Shown in pieces: positions 11,480 to 21,940 of a DNA stretch of 29,349 nucleotides (the stretch's first letter is position 1; each line of letters opens with the position of its first letter). A model generated the notes under the pieces. That model saw only the letters and a list, made by a program, of their open reading frames with translations, was not told the origin of the DNA and ran no database searches. The position numbers were made by a program, and so were the translations under genes. The stretch lies in the IMG/VR virus record IMGVR_UViG_3300007276_000206, positions 1 to 29,349 of that record; one strand, given 5' to 3'. Origin of the DNA: a virus (lineage: Duplodnaviria > Caudoviricetes).

Positions 11480-13110
11480 TATTGACTCGCTTGTCGTTGC
11501 GCTTTGAGTAAGTTATCAGCAGTTACTGGGACCCCATTGTCGCGTAAGAATTTACTTAATGTTCTTACATTTTCAGGTGGTATCTCTGTAACATTTTGTT
11601 CTACATCTGGTGCTAGGAAATCTATACCAAATGCACTTCTCTCAATAGTAACCTCACGAGTTAAATCTGACAACACATTCGTGAATTCTTCTGATGACAA
11701 CTTGCTACCTTTTTCACTTTCACGGTACTGAACTTCACCGTCTAATAAGTCATAGAATGCATCAGCTTGGTTGCGCTTCTCATCGTTCCATTTAGTTTTC
11801 TTACCTAGCATCTGCTCAATAGCATTGGTGGTCTGTGAACTGCGAGTACGACCTATCTGGTGGTCAACTTTGTCAGACGACGTACCAGTGCCACCTGCGC
11901 TTTTAACTGCGCTCACCAGACTTTTACGTTCAGCAGGTGCAAGTTCAGAAAAGTGTTCAGTCGGGTTGATTTTAGACAACTCAGCTTTAGGTAACATCAT
12001 CAGGTCAGAATATTTATTCCAGTCAGTGATGATTGCTTTACCTGAGTCAATGCTACTTTTCTGTTTAGTACTCAGACGCCCCCATCCTTCAGGATCAGTT
12101 GCTTGGAATGTCTCAGCAGAACCACCTTCAATGATATGAGACTCAGCACGTTCAAATGCTTCAGTCTGTGCTTCACTCTCACCCTGCTTCTTCAGGTTAA
12201 ACTGACGCATAGCTTCAGTCATCGTTTTCTTACGAAGTTCAGGATCTTCAATCTGGTTAACCTGCTCACGTACTTCTTCACGACTGTCATAGGTATCAAC
12301 TAACTTAGTACCGGCAACAATGGCTTGCTGTGAGTCAGATTGAATTTTCTCAGCTTTAGCTTTAGCAGCAATATCTTTCTCAAGTTTAACTTTGTCAGGA
12401 CCTTCAAGTCGTGCACCATGCTTTTCTAACATTGCAGTACCTTCTTCAGCACTGCTACTGATAGCCGATGTAATAGCTGTTTTGGCGAATGATGAGTCAT
12501 AGGTCTGCAACCGTTCATTAGTTGCTTCAGCACCGATACCTTCAAGTTCAGCAGCATCAATCACCGCTTGACGACCTAGTGCGTTCTGAACTGCTAACTT
12601 ATCAGGTTGATTCCAATACAATGAAGCATTCTCAACGGTGTTCTCAACTTGTGATCTGATGGTGGCAACTTCCCACGACTTCAACCCTTTAGCTGAATGA
12701 CGTGCAATGTCAGCCTGACTACGAGTGATATGTAAATCCGCAGACTTGTCAAACATTGACTTAGCATTAGAACCTAATGATTTACCATATTGTTTCTTCA
12801 ATTCTTCAAGTGACTTGTTTGCAGCATTGGCATTGTCAAAAGCATTCTTACCCTGAGTGTTAAAGTAACCATTTTCAGGATTAAAGAATAACTGATTCTT
12901 ATCGCGTTCAAACGCCACCAATGCTTCTTCAGCAGATGTGGTGTCAATACGTTGAGTGACCTGTGCAACAGCACTACCCACCGATGCAAGACCTTGTGCA
13001 GCTTGAATGTTAGAACGGAATACAGCATTACCTGCTGAAGCATCAGCACGTGGTTGTCTGGTGACATTGGTGCGAACCTGTTGAGGTCCATAAGTTGCGA
13101 CTTTAGGCAT
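11479..13110 (-). CDS. Internal virion (ejection) protein, T7 gp15-like position, 543 aa
   Basis: Helical Ala/Glu/Gln-rich protein starting MPKVATY; lies between the gp14-like gene and the giant internal protein; TAATG-coupled to the next gene. Confidence 0.7.
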   Translation of the reverse strand: MPKVATYGPQQVRTNVTRQPRADASAGNAVFRSNIQAAQGLASVGSAVAQVTQRIDTTSAEEALVAFERDKNQLFFNPENGYFNTQGKNAFDNANAANKSLEELKKQYGKSLGSNAKSMFDKSADLHITRSQADIARHSAKGLKSWEVATIRSQVENTVENASLYWNQPDKLAVQNALGRQAVIDAAELEGIGAEATNERLQTYDSSFAKTAITSAISSSAEEGTAMLEKHGARLEGPDKVKLEKDIAAKAKAEKIQSDSQQAIVAGTKLVDTYDSREEVREQVNQIEDPELRKKTMTEAMRQFNLKKQGESEAQTEAFERAESHIIEGGSAETFQATDPEGWGRLSTKQKSSIDSGKAIITDWNKYSDLMMLPKAELSKINPTEHFSELAPAERKSLVSAVKSAGGTGTSSDKVDHQIGRTRSSQTTNAIEQMLGKKTKWNDEKRNQADAFYDLLDGEVQYRESEKGSKLSSEEFTNVLSDLTREVTIERSAFGIDFLAPDVEQNVTEIPPENVRTLSKFLRDNGVPVTADNLLKAQRQASQ

Positions 13111-13112
13111 GA

Positions 13113-13658
13113 TTAAGGTCCTACTAATGCGTTGTTTATATCCAGTGAACTTGCTTGATTAGTAACAGCAGCACTTGATGGTGTGAACCATTTATCAGCG
13201 ACACCTGTACCTAACACCGTTGAAGTTGCTTGTAACAATGTACCTGTTGCAGCACTTTTACCTGCTGACTCAGCAAACTCACCTTGACTGGTTGTCAATG
13301 CTGCACCTGTATCTAATGAAGATGCTTGGTTCGCGAAATTGCTACGAATACGTAAAGCATCAGCTTCACCAAGTGCAACAGTTTCTTCTTGTAGTTGTAA
13401 TGCTGATCCTGATGTCAGGTCAATATTCCCTGCACCAAGTTGTGCACGCTGCTTAGATAACAACTCAGCAGTCTTACGACGTTGAATGTTCTCACGCTCA
13501 ACACCTGCATTACGAGTCTCTTCAGCCTCATTCTCCGCTACTCGTGCATTGTAGTCAGCAGTAGCCTTTTGAAACTTACCTTGTTTAACTTGCTGGTTAG
13601 CAGTAAATGCAGCAGAGACAACTGCAACTGCTGCCATTATCGTAGTTGGTTCGCACAT
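13113..13658 (-). CDS. Internal virion protein, T7 gp14-like
   Basis: MCEPTT start, hydrophobic N-terminus and Q/A-rich helix (QRAQLGAGNIDLTSGSAL) typical of the small ejection protein; synteny. Confidence 0.75.
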   Translation of the reverse strand: MCEPTTIMAAVAVVSAAFTANQQVKQGKFQKATADYNARVAENEAEETRNAGVERENIQRRKTAELLSKQRAQLGAGNIDLTSGSALQLQEETVALGEADALRIRSNFANQASSLDTGAALTTSQGEFAESAGKSAATGTLLQATSTVLGTGVADKWFTPSSAAVTNQASSLDINNALVGP

Positions 13659-14122
13659 CAGCGTGTCCCCTCTAAATGAAATCGATGAAACAGTTCGTCA
13701 TCAGGACCATGTGGTATTGGATCGTCAATTGTAAACCCTAACCACTTCAACCATAGAATACTGTTCGTGTTCTTACTATGCACCATGTTACACAATCGTG
13801 GGCATATAGTCAGCATTTCATCAATGATAGGTTTAGTCTGACGAAAGAATTCTTTTTTATGCTTCATCGCGCTATTAGCACCGAGCATCCACACGACACC
13901 TGAACCGGTCAACATGTCACGTTTAACCAGACCAATCATCACCAGTGGTTCACCGTTGTCATCTATTGCTATTGTTGAAACGTCAGACAACTGCCAACCT
14001 TTCATCATCGACTCTAATGGTGTGTGATGGTTTGATGCCCACACTTCTTCAGCATCAGCTTGTCGCATGTCATTAGCAATGGACTCAACCAGCTCCACTG
14101 TTGGCTTCACCCATTGAATCAT
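13658..14122 (-). CDS. T7 gp13-like (DUF2833/GNAT-fold) virion-associated protein
   Basis: MRQADAEEVWAS...GVVWMLG...LCNMVHSKNTNSILWLKWLGF; follows the tail nozzle gene. Confidence 0.8.
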   Translation of the reverse strand: MIQWVKPTVELVESIANDMRQADAEEVWASNHHTPLESMMKGWQLSDVSTIAIDDNGEPLVMIGLVKRDMLTGSGVVWMLGANSAMKHKKEFFRQTKPIIDEMLTICPRLCNMVHSKNTNSILWLKWLGFTIDDPIPHGPDDELFHRFHLEGTR

Positions 14123-16443
14123 TAGTTACCACCTACATCAATTTGTGGAATTACCGAAAGTATTGCCATCGGCAAAGGTGCACGTTGTTCAATACGAACC
14201 CCACCACCTTTTGACCACTGTGGTTGTATGAACACTTCTTGTTTATAAGTTTTCAGTGCAACAGGGTCATAGTCATCACTGTCAAAACGTGGTTTGATTT
14301 CACTCATTGGTGCTTCAGACCCGTTATCCTGCCTTGGTCCTATAAACCCACCGCGAGAACCTTCAACCTCAACAGTGACTTTAGACACCGAGACTGACTG
14401 TGCTTTGGTAGTCTGACTTGGTGAAGGTGTGTCAATGTCCAATGTTTCAATCACAGGTGTATAACTCAACCCTACATGCACCTTAGATGCAGCACGCTCG
14501 AGTGTTATTTGACCACCAGTGACTACTTGATCAGGAACAGTATAACCATCACTAAGGATAGTTACAGTTTCACCTGTGAGATGGTCAAGACCACTGATGA
14601 CTGTCGCTGGTGCACCATCATATGTCAGACCTGAATCAACGTAGAAACAGTCTGCTGCAATAATTGACTCACGTTTTTCTATCCGTTCAACATAGCGAAC
14701 ATCTGAACCGTTTACATTACGCTTGACAATCACATACACTGCATCACGTTCACCTTCAGTCACAGATGCAACTGATTCGAATTCACCTTGAGTATTGTGT
14801 TGATGCCAACCCCACACTTGATGTTCACGTTGGTAAGTTAAACCTAACATTACACCGTCATCACGAACACACCACACAATACTGTATGGTTCAGCAGAGT
14901 AAGCCATTGCTGTAATCTGTTTATCTTCAAATAAGTGTTCAGACATCAGCGACAAGTCACTTCCTGTGTATTTGTCGCTACTGAACTCGTAACCTAAGTC
15001 ACGAAGTCGTGCACCTTTCTCTTGTAGGAATAAAGCTGTACTGTTGATCACAACCGGTGGAACTATTGAACAACCGTTGTATGACTGTATTCTCACACCG
15101 ATAGTCGATGGTGTTAACACTCTGTCTTGACCTTCAGTCATTATCCACTCACCACCAGATGTCAATAGTATCAACGAGTCGAGTGGTAGAAGGTGGCGTA
15201 TCTCATTCACTTGCTGTGCTGCAATGGTGAATGTAACAGCATCATCATCACGTGCAGGGTTAGATGTACGCAATGAATTAAAATTATTTACTTGAGTCGT
15301 GTATGTAACTTGTGGTTCATTATTAGTATTAGCGAATACTTGACGTTGTTGGTAATAAGTCACAGCAGATGGTTTATTGTCAGTACCGTTGAATGGTTGA
15401 CGATCCTGTGGTGGTGCATCACTTGTTATCGGTGCGATGTTGTAATCATCAAATGAATTATTATTAGAATCACCGATCCACCCTTAAATGCTTGTACCCA
15501 CTGAAGGGTCTTTATAGACACGGTAATATTCAGCTTCAGGCACAGTGTCCCATGTTAATCTGACACCACCTGTCTGTGATAATGATTTAACAGTCAAACT
15601 GGTTTCAGCAGATGCTAATGACTCAGTACCTGCTGCATCAACTGCTGTCACAACATAAGTGTAAGTTTTATCAAAGTCACCGAAACCATCACCGATAGTG
15701 GTAGCACCGTTTTGTCTGTCAGCAGTACCATCTGATACATAAGCAGTATGGGCAGTTGAGTCTTCACCGTTGAGTTCAAATGTATCAGGTGTTAACACTG
15801 TTATGATGAATGAGCGACCATTGACCTCAGTCATACCCACCACACCTGCGATGTCAATCAGATTACCTGTGACATAACCATGAGCAACAGCAGTTACAAC
15901 AGCAGGGTTAGCTTGAGTAATACCAGTGATAACTTTAGATATAGCACCTGAACTGAATACTGGTGCGTCAACAGTTGTTGAATAATCAATTGTTGTCAAC
16001 GTCCAGTTATCATCAGCTAAACGGTTAAGGTTCGCAGGGTCATGGTCAGGGTGAACAATGGTCATCACATCAGCATTCTGTGTGAAACCTAAACGTGGTA
16101 ACTGTGCTTCAGTGTAAGGTGTAGCAAGTTCAAATATTGCAGGACCTCCACCAGCTAATACAAAACCACCGTCTTTGATCACACGAACTTTTAAATGCTC
16201 AAACACCAACATGTAAGTTTGTTCAGTGTTAAAGCTAAATGGGATTAATCGACCGACTTTAGATGAGTCATCAAGTTCACCGACGAAACGTAAACCAGGG
16301 CGTGAGTAAACACCGCCTTGTGCACGCACAAAGAAGTTCTCACATAAATGTAAACCTGTCGCGTACTTCGTTAAGTCAGCACGCGACTGTAATGCTGGCG
16401 CAATCTCACCAGATGTAAAACTACGCTGAATAAGTTGTGGCAT
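14122..16443 (-). CDS. Tail nozzle / tail tubular protein B (T7 gp12-like), 773 codons, interrupted by one in-frame TAA at 15484-15486
   Basis: ORFs 15484..16443 and 14122..15363 share a frame, and the 40 codons between them are open (GWIGDSNNNSFDDYNIAPITSDAPPQDRQPFNGTDNKPSA). N-terminal QRSFTSGEIAP...RADL motif; C-terminal EQRAPLPMAILSV motif. Confidence 0.88.
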
Positions 16444-16446
16444 CTC

Positions 16447-17103
16447 TTAATTCCTAATTGTAACAAAATCACTCTCACTAGGCATAAGATACTGGTCATT
16501 CATGTCAGTAGCCATAGCAGATGCAAGGTATTGACGATAAAGCTGTAATGAATCATTACGCAATGCACGACCTAACTCAGCACCGACAATAGGTATTGCA
16601 AGTTCAGATGACAACAAGTGTGACAGTGCCATGATGAAGTCATCACTGAATAAATTAGGATCAGTAACCTTTGATGCAAAGTCAATGCGTAACTCAGGTT
16701 GATCTGAACCAATCACCTTACTGTCATCAAAATTGAATACCTCATAAGGTATCTGACGACGTAAATCTTTCAACGGTATAACACGACTGTCTAACAATCG
16801 AGATGCTACATTAGCACTACCAGATGGTAACTCTTCAAAAGCACCCACCAAACGGTGAATCTTCAAACAGTCAGTAGGGTATGAATACGCATAAGCCCAG
16901 TTAAATATCTCAGTAGTAACAGATGCTAATGCTCGAATCTTGTGGTTAAACTGCCACGGTATTTCACGCAAACACCGATCACGTAGGATTGAATATTTCA
17001 ACTTACACAACTGAGCTTGAATACTGCTCTCAGTAAATGAGTTGATACTACCTGCACGAATGTTACTTAATGCTAGGTTACATATTTCAACTTCAGAAGC
17101 CAT
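16447..17103 (-). CDS. Tail adaptor / tail tubular protein A (T7 gp11-like)
   Basis: MASEVEICNLALSNI...W.F...WAYAYSYPTDCLKI...F...F..AL...L..ELA motif set; GAGG RBS; synteny. Confidence 0.85.
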   Translation of the reverse strand: MASEVEICNLALSNIRAGSINSFTESSIQAQLCKLKYSILRDRCLREIPWQFNHKIRALASVTTEIFNWAYAYSYPTDCLKIHRLVGAFEELPSGSANVASRLLDSRVIPLKDLRRQIPYEVFNFDDSKVIGSDQPELRIDFASKVTDPNLFSDDFIMALSHLLSSELAIPIVGAELGRALRNDSLQLYRQYLASAMATDMNDQYLMPSESDFVTIRN

Positions 17104-17115
17104 GTTCCACCTCGA

Positions 17116-17427
17116 TTATGATTTAGGACCATAAAGCTGCTCAATACGATCACCGGTTTCACGTTGCAGTTTAATAGTGGTGAGTTGAATACCGATACTC
17201 TTGTCAGAGTGTTCAGCAGTGCTGTGTTCAGATTTACGCTCTACGAATGCAAACCCACGAACTTCAACGATGTCACCGACTGCTAAGTTCTCAATACCTA
17301 ACTCTTCAATCAGGTCATTGTCGAAACTTAAACTTGTACCATACGGGTAATGTTCACCATCAGAACAGCAAACCATACCATCAGACTCGTGTGATTGTTT
17401 CTTAATCTTTACTTGATCTTCAGGCAT
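17116..17427 (-). CDS. Capsid staple/cement protein (epsilon15 gp10-like)
   Basis: YPYGTSLSFDNDLIEELGI..LAVGDIVEV pattern; position downstream of the capsid genes. Confidence 0.6.
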   Translation of the reverse strand: MPEDQVKIKKQSHESDGMVCCSDGEHYPYGTSLSFDNDLIEELGIENLAVGDIVEVRGFAFVERKSEHSTAEHSDKSIGIQLTTIKLQRETGDRIEQLYGPKS

Positions 17428-17436
17428 GACACACCT

Positions 17437-17742
17437 CTACAATGTTTCAACAGTGTCGGCTTGAGTAGACTCACCTTCACCAAGAAATGAAGCGTCAGCG
17501 ATGTCTTTCTTATCATCTTCAGCTTTCTTTTTAGCAGCGTTTGCAGCTTTAGTTTCAGCAGCTTTACGAGCTTTCGCTTGTGCAGGTGTTTCACTTTTAA
17601 TAGCTTCAAGCCACGATGGTACTTGTTCTTTGTTGTTCTTTTTAGGGAACGGTTTTTCAGTGTGTAACATATTACGTTTCCCATCAGGGTCGTAAATCTT
17701 ACCGTTGAAAAAACCTTTACTTTTAACTTTATAACTAGGCAT
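17437..17742 (-). CDS. Hypothetical virion-module protein, K/A-rich
   Basis: GGAG RBS; starts Y.V...GF.NG..YDP, includes a PSWL motif and a K/A-rich helix; lies in the structural operon. Confidence 0.7.
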   Translation of the reverse strand: MPSYKVKSKGFFNGKIYDPDGKRNMLHTEKPFPKKNNKEQVPSWLEAIKSETPAQAKARKAAETKAANAAKKKAEDDKKDIADASFLGEGESTQADTVETL

Positions 17743-17763
17743 GTCAGCTCTCCAAAGTCATTG

Positions 17764-17789
17764 AATGAAACTGGGGACCGAAGTCCCCA
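17764..17789 (-). terminator. Intrinsic terminator/attenuator after the capsid and cement genes
   Basis: Minus strand TGGGGAC-TTCG-GTCCCCA-GTTTCATT: 7-bp stem, C(UUCG)G tetraloop, short imperfect U tail. Confidence 0.75.
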
Positions 17790-17795
17790 ATCTAA

Positions 17796-18227
17796 TTAAG
17801 CACCAGTGACGTTAGTCTGGTTACCCATTGAGATACCAGCAGTCACCTTACCAGTGGTAGGTGGTGTACCGGCAACCACGTATTCAATACCTAAGTATCG
17901 TTCAGTAAGCTCGTTCGGTAACACTTCAAGTACCATCTGTTTACCAGCAACCAATTCAGCAAGTGGAATGGTTTCACTGATTACAGAAGTACCTAACGCA
18001 GTGGTTGCACCAGTGCTGATGATAACTTCTAAGCTAGTCAGAGTGTTAAAATCTTCAGTAACCTGAATCAATACTGGGATTTTATTCCCTTTACCAATGT
18101 CTTGATTCAATGATGCAACTGCACCAAACGGTGTACCTGGTACGCCTAAGTCGATGACATTAGTTGAGTCAGCAGAAGCTGTGATCGCCTGGTCATCTGA
18201 GAACAATTGTTGTGCAGATAAAATCAT
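17796..18227 (-). CDS. Capsid cement protein (Bbp16-like)
   Basis: MILSAQQLFSDDQAITASADSTNVIDLG...ERYLGIEYVVAG...TGKVTAGI; directly follows the major capsid gene; AGGAG RBS. Confidence 0.85.
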   Translation of the reverse strand: MILSAQQLFSDDQAITASADSTNVIDLGVPGTPFGAVASLNQDIGKGNKIPVLIQVTEDFNTLTSLEVIISTGATTALGTSVISETIPLAELVAGKQMVLEVLPNELTERYLGIEYVVAGTPPTTGKVTAGISMGNQTNVTGA

Positions 18228-18264
18228 GATGATTCTCCTAAATTAATTAAAAGGTTGAGTGGTA

Positions 18265-19263
18265 TTAAACCACTCGTGCTTCAGTGTTAAGAACTGCATC
18301 ACTTTCACGGATAGGAATACCACGGTATGTAGTAACTTCCTTACCTTCAATCTCAGTCGTTCTCAAACGAATGAAACTATCAGATGCACCAGCGTTAGTA
18401 GCTAAAGCATCAAGTGCTTCAAGTACGTCACGGTTACAGTAGATAGCCATTTTACCACCAGCTACGCGACGGCTCTGCAACTTATAATAAGCTTTACGCA
18501 TGAAGTCGTACAATGCAACTGAACCAGCAGCCATGTCACTAACGTCAATGTTTGCAACACGTGAAACATAACGCCAATCTTTAACAGCAAGACCCACGTG
18601 CCATGTGAATTTTTCTTCCTTGGCATAGTAAGCGTTACCAGCACCATCTGTGACACGTTGCTCACCCATGTCTTCACGCTGAACACCAGCTTGAGTACCT
18701 TTAGGGTAAATCAAGTTACACTGGTTATCACCCCAGGTAACAAACCAGATAGACGTGTTGTCTGAACCAGTACCACCAGCATCGATAATCTGACCACCGT
18801 TAGCAGCAGACAAGTCGTTGAAGCGTGGTGCAAGACCCATGAACTCTTCAGGATCTGATGCAGTATCACCGTAGAATACTTTCGAACCTACTTCATTTGA
18901 CATTGCTTCAAGATACGCTTGAGCTTCAGATAAACGTACAGCACCTTCATTGGTAGACAAATCAAGTAAACGTTTATCGACGGTACTTAGACCTTCAACG
19001 AAACCAGTTGTGTCTTCAACTTGTGCAGTGCGACCTTTGCTGTTTGGAATACCAGCATATAATTTACCCCATGTAACAGAAGGTAAACCAGTACGAACTG
19101 TGTGTAAGTGGGTAGTACCCTTGTTACACTCAACCGCAATAGCGTCTTCTAAGATCGGGTTCATTTCCATAAGCATTTCGATAACAGGATTGAATTGACC
19201 CTGACCGTCTTGCAGTTTGTAAATATCGATTAAGTCGATAAAGCTGTTTCCTAAAGTAGCCAT
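18265..19263 (-). CDS. Major capsid protein (epsilon15 gp7 / Bbp17-like)
   Basis: IEML...NPILED...ECN.GT.H...VRTGLP..TW, FMGLAPRF, NTSIW...WG, GLAVKDWRYV.R.ANID, GIPIR..DA.LNTEARVV. Confidence 0.95.
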   Translation of the reverse strand: MATLGNSFIDLIDIYKLQDGQGQFNPVIEMLMEMNPILEDAIAVECNKGTTHLHTVRTGLPSVTWGKLYAGIPNSKGRTAQVEDTTGFVEGLSTVDKRLLDLSTNEGAVRLSEAQAYLEAMSNEVGSKVFYGDTASDPEEFMGLAPRFNDLSAANGGQIIDAGGTGSDNTSIWFVTWGDNQCNLIYPKGTQAGVQREDMGEQRVTDGAGNAYYAKEEKFTWHVGLAVKDWRYVSRVANIDVSDMAAGSVALYDFMRKAYYKLQSRRVAGGKMAIYCNRDVLEALDALATNAGASDSFIRLRTTEIEGKEVTTYRGIPIRESDAVLNTEARVV

Positions 19264-19282
19264 GTTTCACCTCGTGAGTTAG

Positions 19283-19987
19283 TTAGGCAGTTTTGTCATT
19301 AGGGTAAAGAAGAGACACACGGTCCTGTGCTTTAGACGGTGGTGTATTTGTTCCACCAGGTACATCTTCAGCAGTTAACTTCCCAACCTTGACCATAAAC
19401 CGGATAACTTCAGGGTGGTTGCCCACACCGTGTTCTTCCAGCAGTTGCTTCAGTTCTGGCGTACCAAACTTATCAATAGCAGATCGTGCGATACCGACGT
19501 TTTCTTCAAACTTGTCACCACCGAACTCTTTGTCATTTTTAGATTGTTCTTGCCAGTCGTTCATCAACTGATTGAAAGCATCGACCTGACTCTCCGAACT
19601 CGCCTTGGCTTGTTTTGCTTGGAAGTCTACCAGTTTCTGTGCTTGATCTTGATTCAACCCTAACTCTTTAAAGAGTGGAGTTGCTTCAGTCAACAATGCA
19701 GAATCTAGTTCAACCCCTTCTGGCATCACGAAGTCGGCATAAGTGTCGGGAGGTGTCTGACTACTTAAATCAGTTTCTTCACCGGTGGGTGTTACCCCAT
19801 CAGCGTTATCATCAGCAGCACCTGTATCAGTTGCAGCATCAGAATCTGTACCAGTCAACACTGTTGAAGTGTCAGCATTGTCTGTGTTTTCTGTTTGTAC
19901 ACCTGTGGTATCTGCACCACCTGCTGCATCACCGTCGGGTGCTGCTTCATCTCGGTATACTCTGAATAAATTTTGTATATTAAACAT
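19283..19987 (-). CDS. Capsid assembly scaffold (Bbp18-like; often annotated as peptidase)
   Basis: Acidic N-terminus, P..Y.DF..PEG, FKELGLNQDQAQKLVD, GVGNHPEVIRFMVKVG; directly upstream of the capsid gene. Confidence 0.85.
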   Translation of the reverse strand: MFNIQNLFRVYRDEAAPDGDAAGGADTTGVQTENTDNADTSTVLTGTDSDAATDTGAADDNADGVTPTGEETDLSSQTPPDTYADFVMPEGVELDSALLTEATPLFKELGLNQDQAQKLVDFQAKQAKASSESQVDAFNQLMNDWQEQSKNDKEFGGDKFEENVGIARSAIDKFGTPELKQLLEEHGVGNHPEVIRFMVKVGKLTAEDVPGGTNTPPSKAQDRVSLLYPNDKTA

Positions 19988-19991
19988 GTCG

Positions 19992-20264
19992 TCACCTATT
20001 CTCTTTTAGCATTTTAAAATAATCATCTGGTGCAGCTTCACGTATTTCTTCATCAAGCCATAACCCATGACTACGTTTACCTGAATTGAAAGCGTGTAAC
20101 TGTGTATCAGTATTGAATATACTCTCAAAAGTAGAGCAATTTTGCAAACATCTCCACATAAAAGACCTACCGTTCTCAGTCTTCATTATAGTGCTGATAC
20201 TGTATAACTCTATTTCACGTGAGTCACGTTGCTTTTTAGCACTTTCATTTTCTTCATCAAACAT
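19992..20264 (-). CDS. Small head-module protein (Bbp19-like)
   Basis: IMKTENGRSFMWRCL...F...AFNSGKRSHGL; conserved position between portal and scaffold. Confidence 0.8.
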   Translation of the reverse strand: MFDEENESAKKQRDSREIELYSISTIMKTENGRSFMWRCLQNCSTFESIFNTDTQLHAFNSGKRSHGLWLDEEIREAAPDDYFKMLKENR

Positions 20265-21937
20265 TATGCTAACCCTGCTCTACGCATCGTTGCACCAAGT
20301 GCATTGTCTTCACTCAGCTCAGTTTCAGATGCAGTCTTGGCAATGTTAGCACCTTGCTCTGCAACAGCCATCGCTTGCATCTGTGCTTGTTGTTGCGCTT
20401 CAGCTTCAGCCATTGCAGCAACTTCATCATCACTGCGAACCAATGCAGGATCAACACCGAGTGATTCAGCGTACTCATCGATACCCTGATTGATATTAAC
20501 CTTGTGACGTGCTTCGGGCCACAATGCAGCAGCTTGACCAACGAAACCAACTAAGCGGTCAACAGCACCAGTAGCAACAAGTCGCTGTGCTTGTGCTAAC
20601 ACTGACACATATTCAACGTTTAACTCTTTGTTCTGTAACTCAGGTGGTGGTGTTGGTAGTACACCGTTCTGTTGAAGTATGTTGAATGTTCTATCAATCA
20701 GTGGATCAAGTAACTCAGTGTGCAGACGTTCAAGTACAGGACCTAACATCAGTAACTTCTCTTCATGCTTCTCAGCAACTTCACGAGCTGTTATCTGACG
20801 ACGGTCAGTCTGTGCCAACATTAAGAATAAATCTTCATAAAATGCACGTTGAACACGATTCTCGACGTTATTAATTTCTTCCTTGATGACATTGATGTCA
20901 GGTCGATAGTTACCGTAAATGCTGGTCAGCCCACCACTTGACTGTTCATGCCATACAATATCATTAGGTCCAACCGTGTTACCATTAATCTTGTTCTTCA
21001 GTGATGAAGGACCTTGTAACGGTGGACTGACTAATTTATCGATTGCTTGATACTTACGACGTTCAGCAAGTTGTAATGCTTTAGTGTCACCGAGTGCTGT
21101 GATACCTGGGCAATCAGTCGCATAAACATCTTCAGCAGTAACATCCCAACGTGGTGTCACAAATGGGAATTCATCAAACCCTGATTCACGTAAGAATTGA
21201 TCAGTACCTTCTTTAGTGCCACTCTTCGCTTCATAGTAAACACTGCGCCACGGTTTATCACTAGCCAAAGGACTAGCACCATCGCGCTTGTCATTAGGTT
21301 CAACTGCATGAACTATCTTGACCCATGACTCACTGTTGCCAGTTTTCCACATTTCTCTAACAGCTTGACTGCAATTCTCTTCACCAAACTGCTTGATACA
21401 TTGACCGACACTGATTTCATATTCACGGTAAAAGGTGTCACTGACATTCTGACTGTTCATACCAATCATGTAACTACCAACAGTGTAAGGTTTACACCAG
21501 ATGACATTTTCAAAGTCGTGGAAGATACCCATCGCACCAGTGCCAAACACACCGAGTTCTGAATATAACTGATGAAGTGAATTGTACAAGTTCGACTGTG
21601 AGAACACTTTGTACATTGTTTGTTGAACTTCATGCAACCACAGCTTCACTGCTTGACTGTCATCAAGGTTCTTATCACCCGTACCTAATCTGAACCAAGG
21701 TCTAGCCGGTGATGTGATACCTGACATCATACCTGAAGCAAGTGTACGGTTAGCCATGCGTGAGATGTTGTTAATCTGTTTCGTGTTACGCTTGTTACCT
21801 TTGTTACGGTCAGACGTAAGGAAACGACCACGATGTGCAAGGTGATAGTCAGACAACTCACGATACAGTGGGATAAATGTTGAACGTTCTGAGCGCAATG
21901 CTTCAAGTCGTTTGTTGTATGATCTAATAGTTGGCAT
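20264..21937 (-). CDS. Portal / head-to-tail connector
   Basis: LASGMMSGITSPARPWFRL, LGVFGTG, TAREVAEKHEEKLLMLGPVLERLHTELLDPLIDR, VEYVSVLAQAQR. Confidence 0.95.
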   Translation of the reverse strand: MPTIRSYNKRLEALRSERSTFIPLYRELSDYHLAHRGRFLTSDRNKGNKRNTKQINNISRMANRTLASGMMSGITSPARPWFRLGTGDKNLDDSQAVKLWLHEVQQTMYKVFSQSNLYNSLHQLYSELGVFGTGAMGIFHDFENVIWCKPYTVGSYMIGMNSQNVSDTFYREYEISVGQCIKQFGEENCSQAVREMWKTGNSESWVKIVHAVEPNDKRDGASPLASDKPWRSVYYEAKSGTKEGTDQFLRESGFDEFPFVTPRWDVTAEDVYATDCPGITALGDTKALQLAERRKYQAIDKLVSPPLQGPSSLKNKINGNTVGPNDIVWHEQSSGGLTSIYGNYRPDINVIKEEINNVENRVQRAFYEDLFLMLAQTDRRQITAREVAEKHEEKLLMLGPVLERLHTELLDPLIDRTFNILQQNGVLPTPPPELQNKELNVEYVSVLAQAQRLVATGAVDRLVGFVGQAAALWPEARHKVNINQGIDEYAESLGVDPALVRSDDEVAAMAEAEAQQQAQMQAMAVAEQGANIAKTASETELSEDNALGATMRRAGLA

Positions 21938-21940
21938 ATC

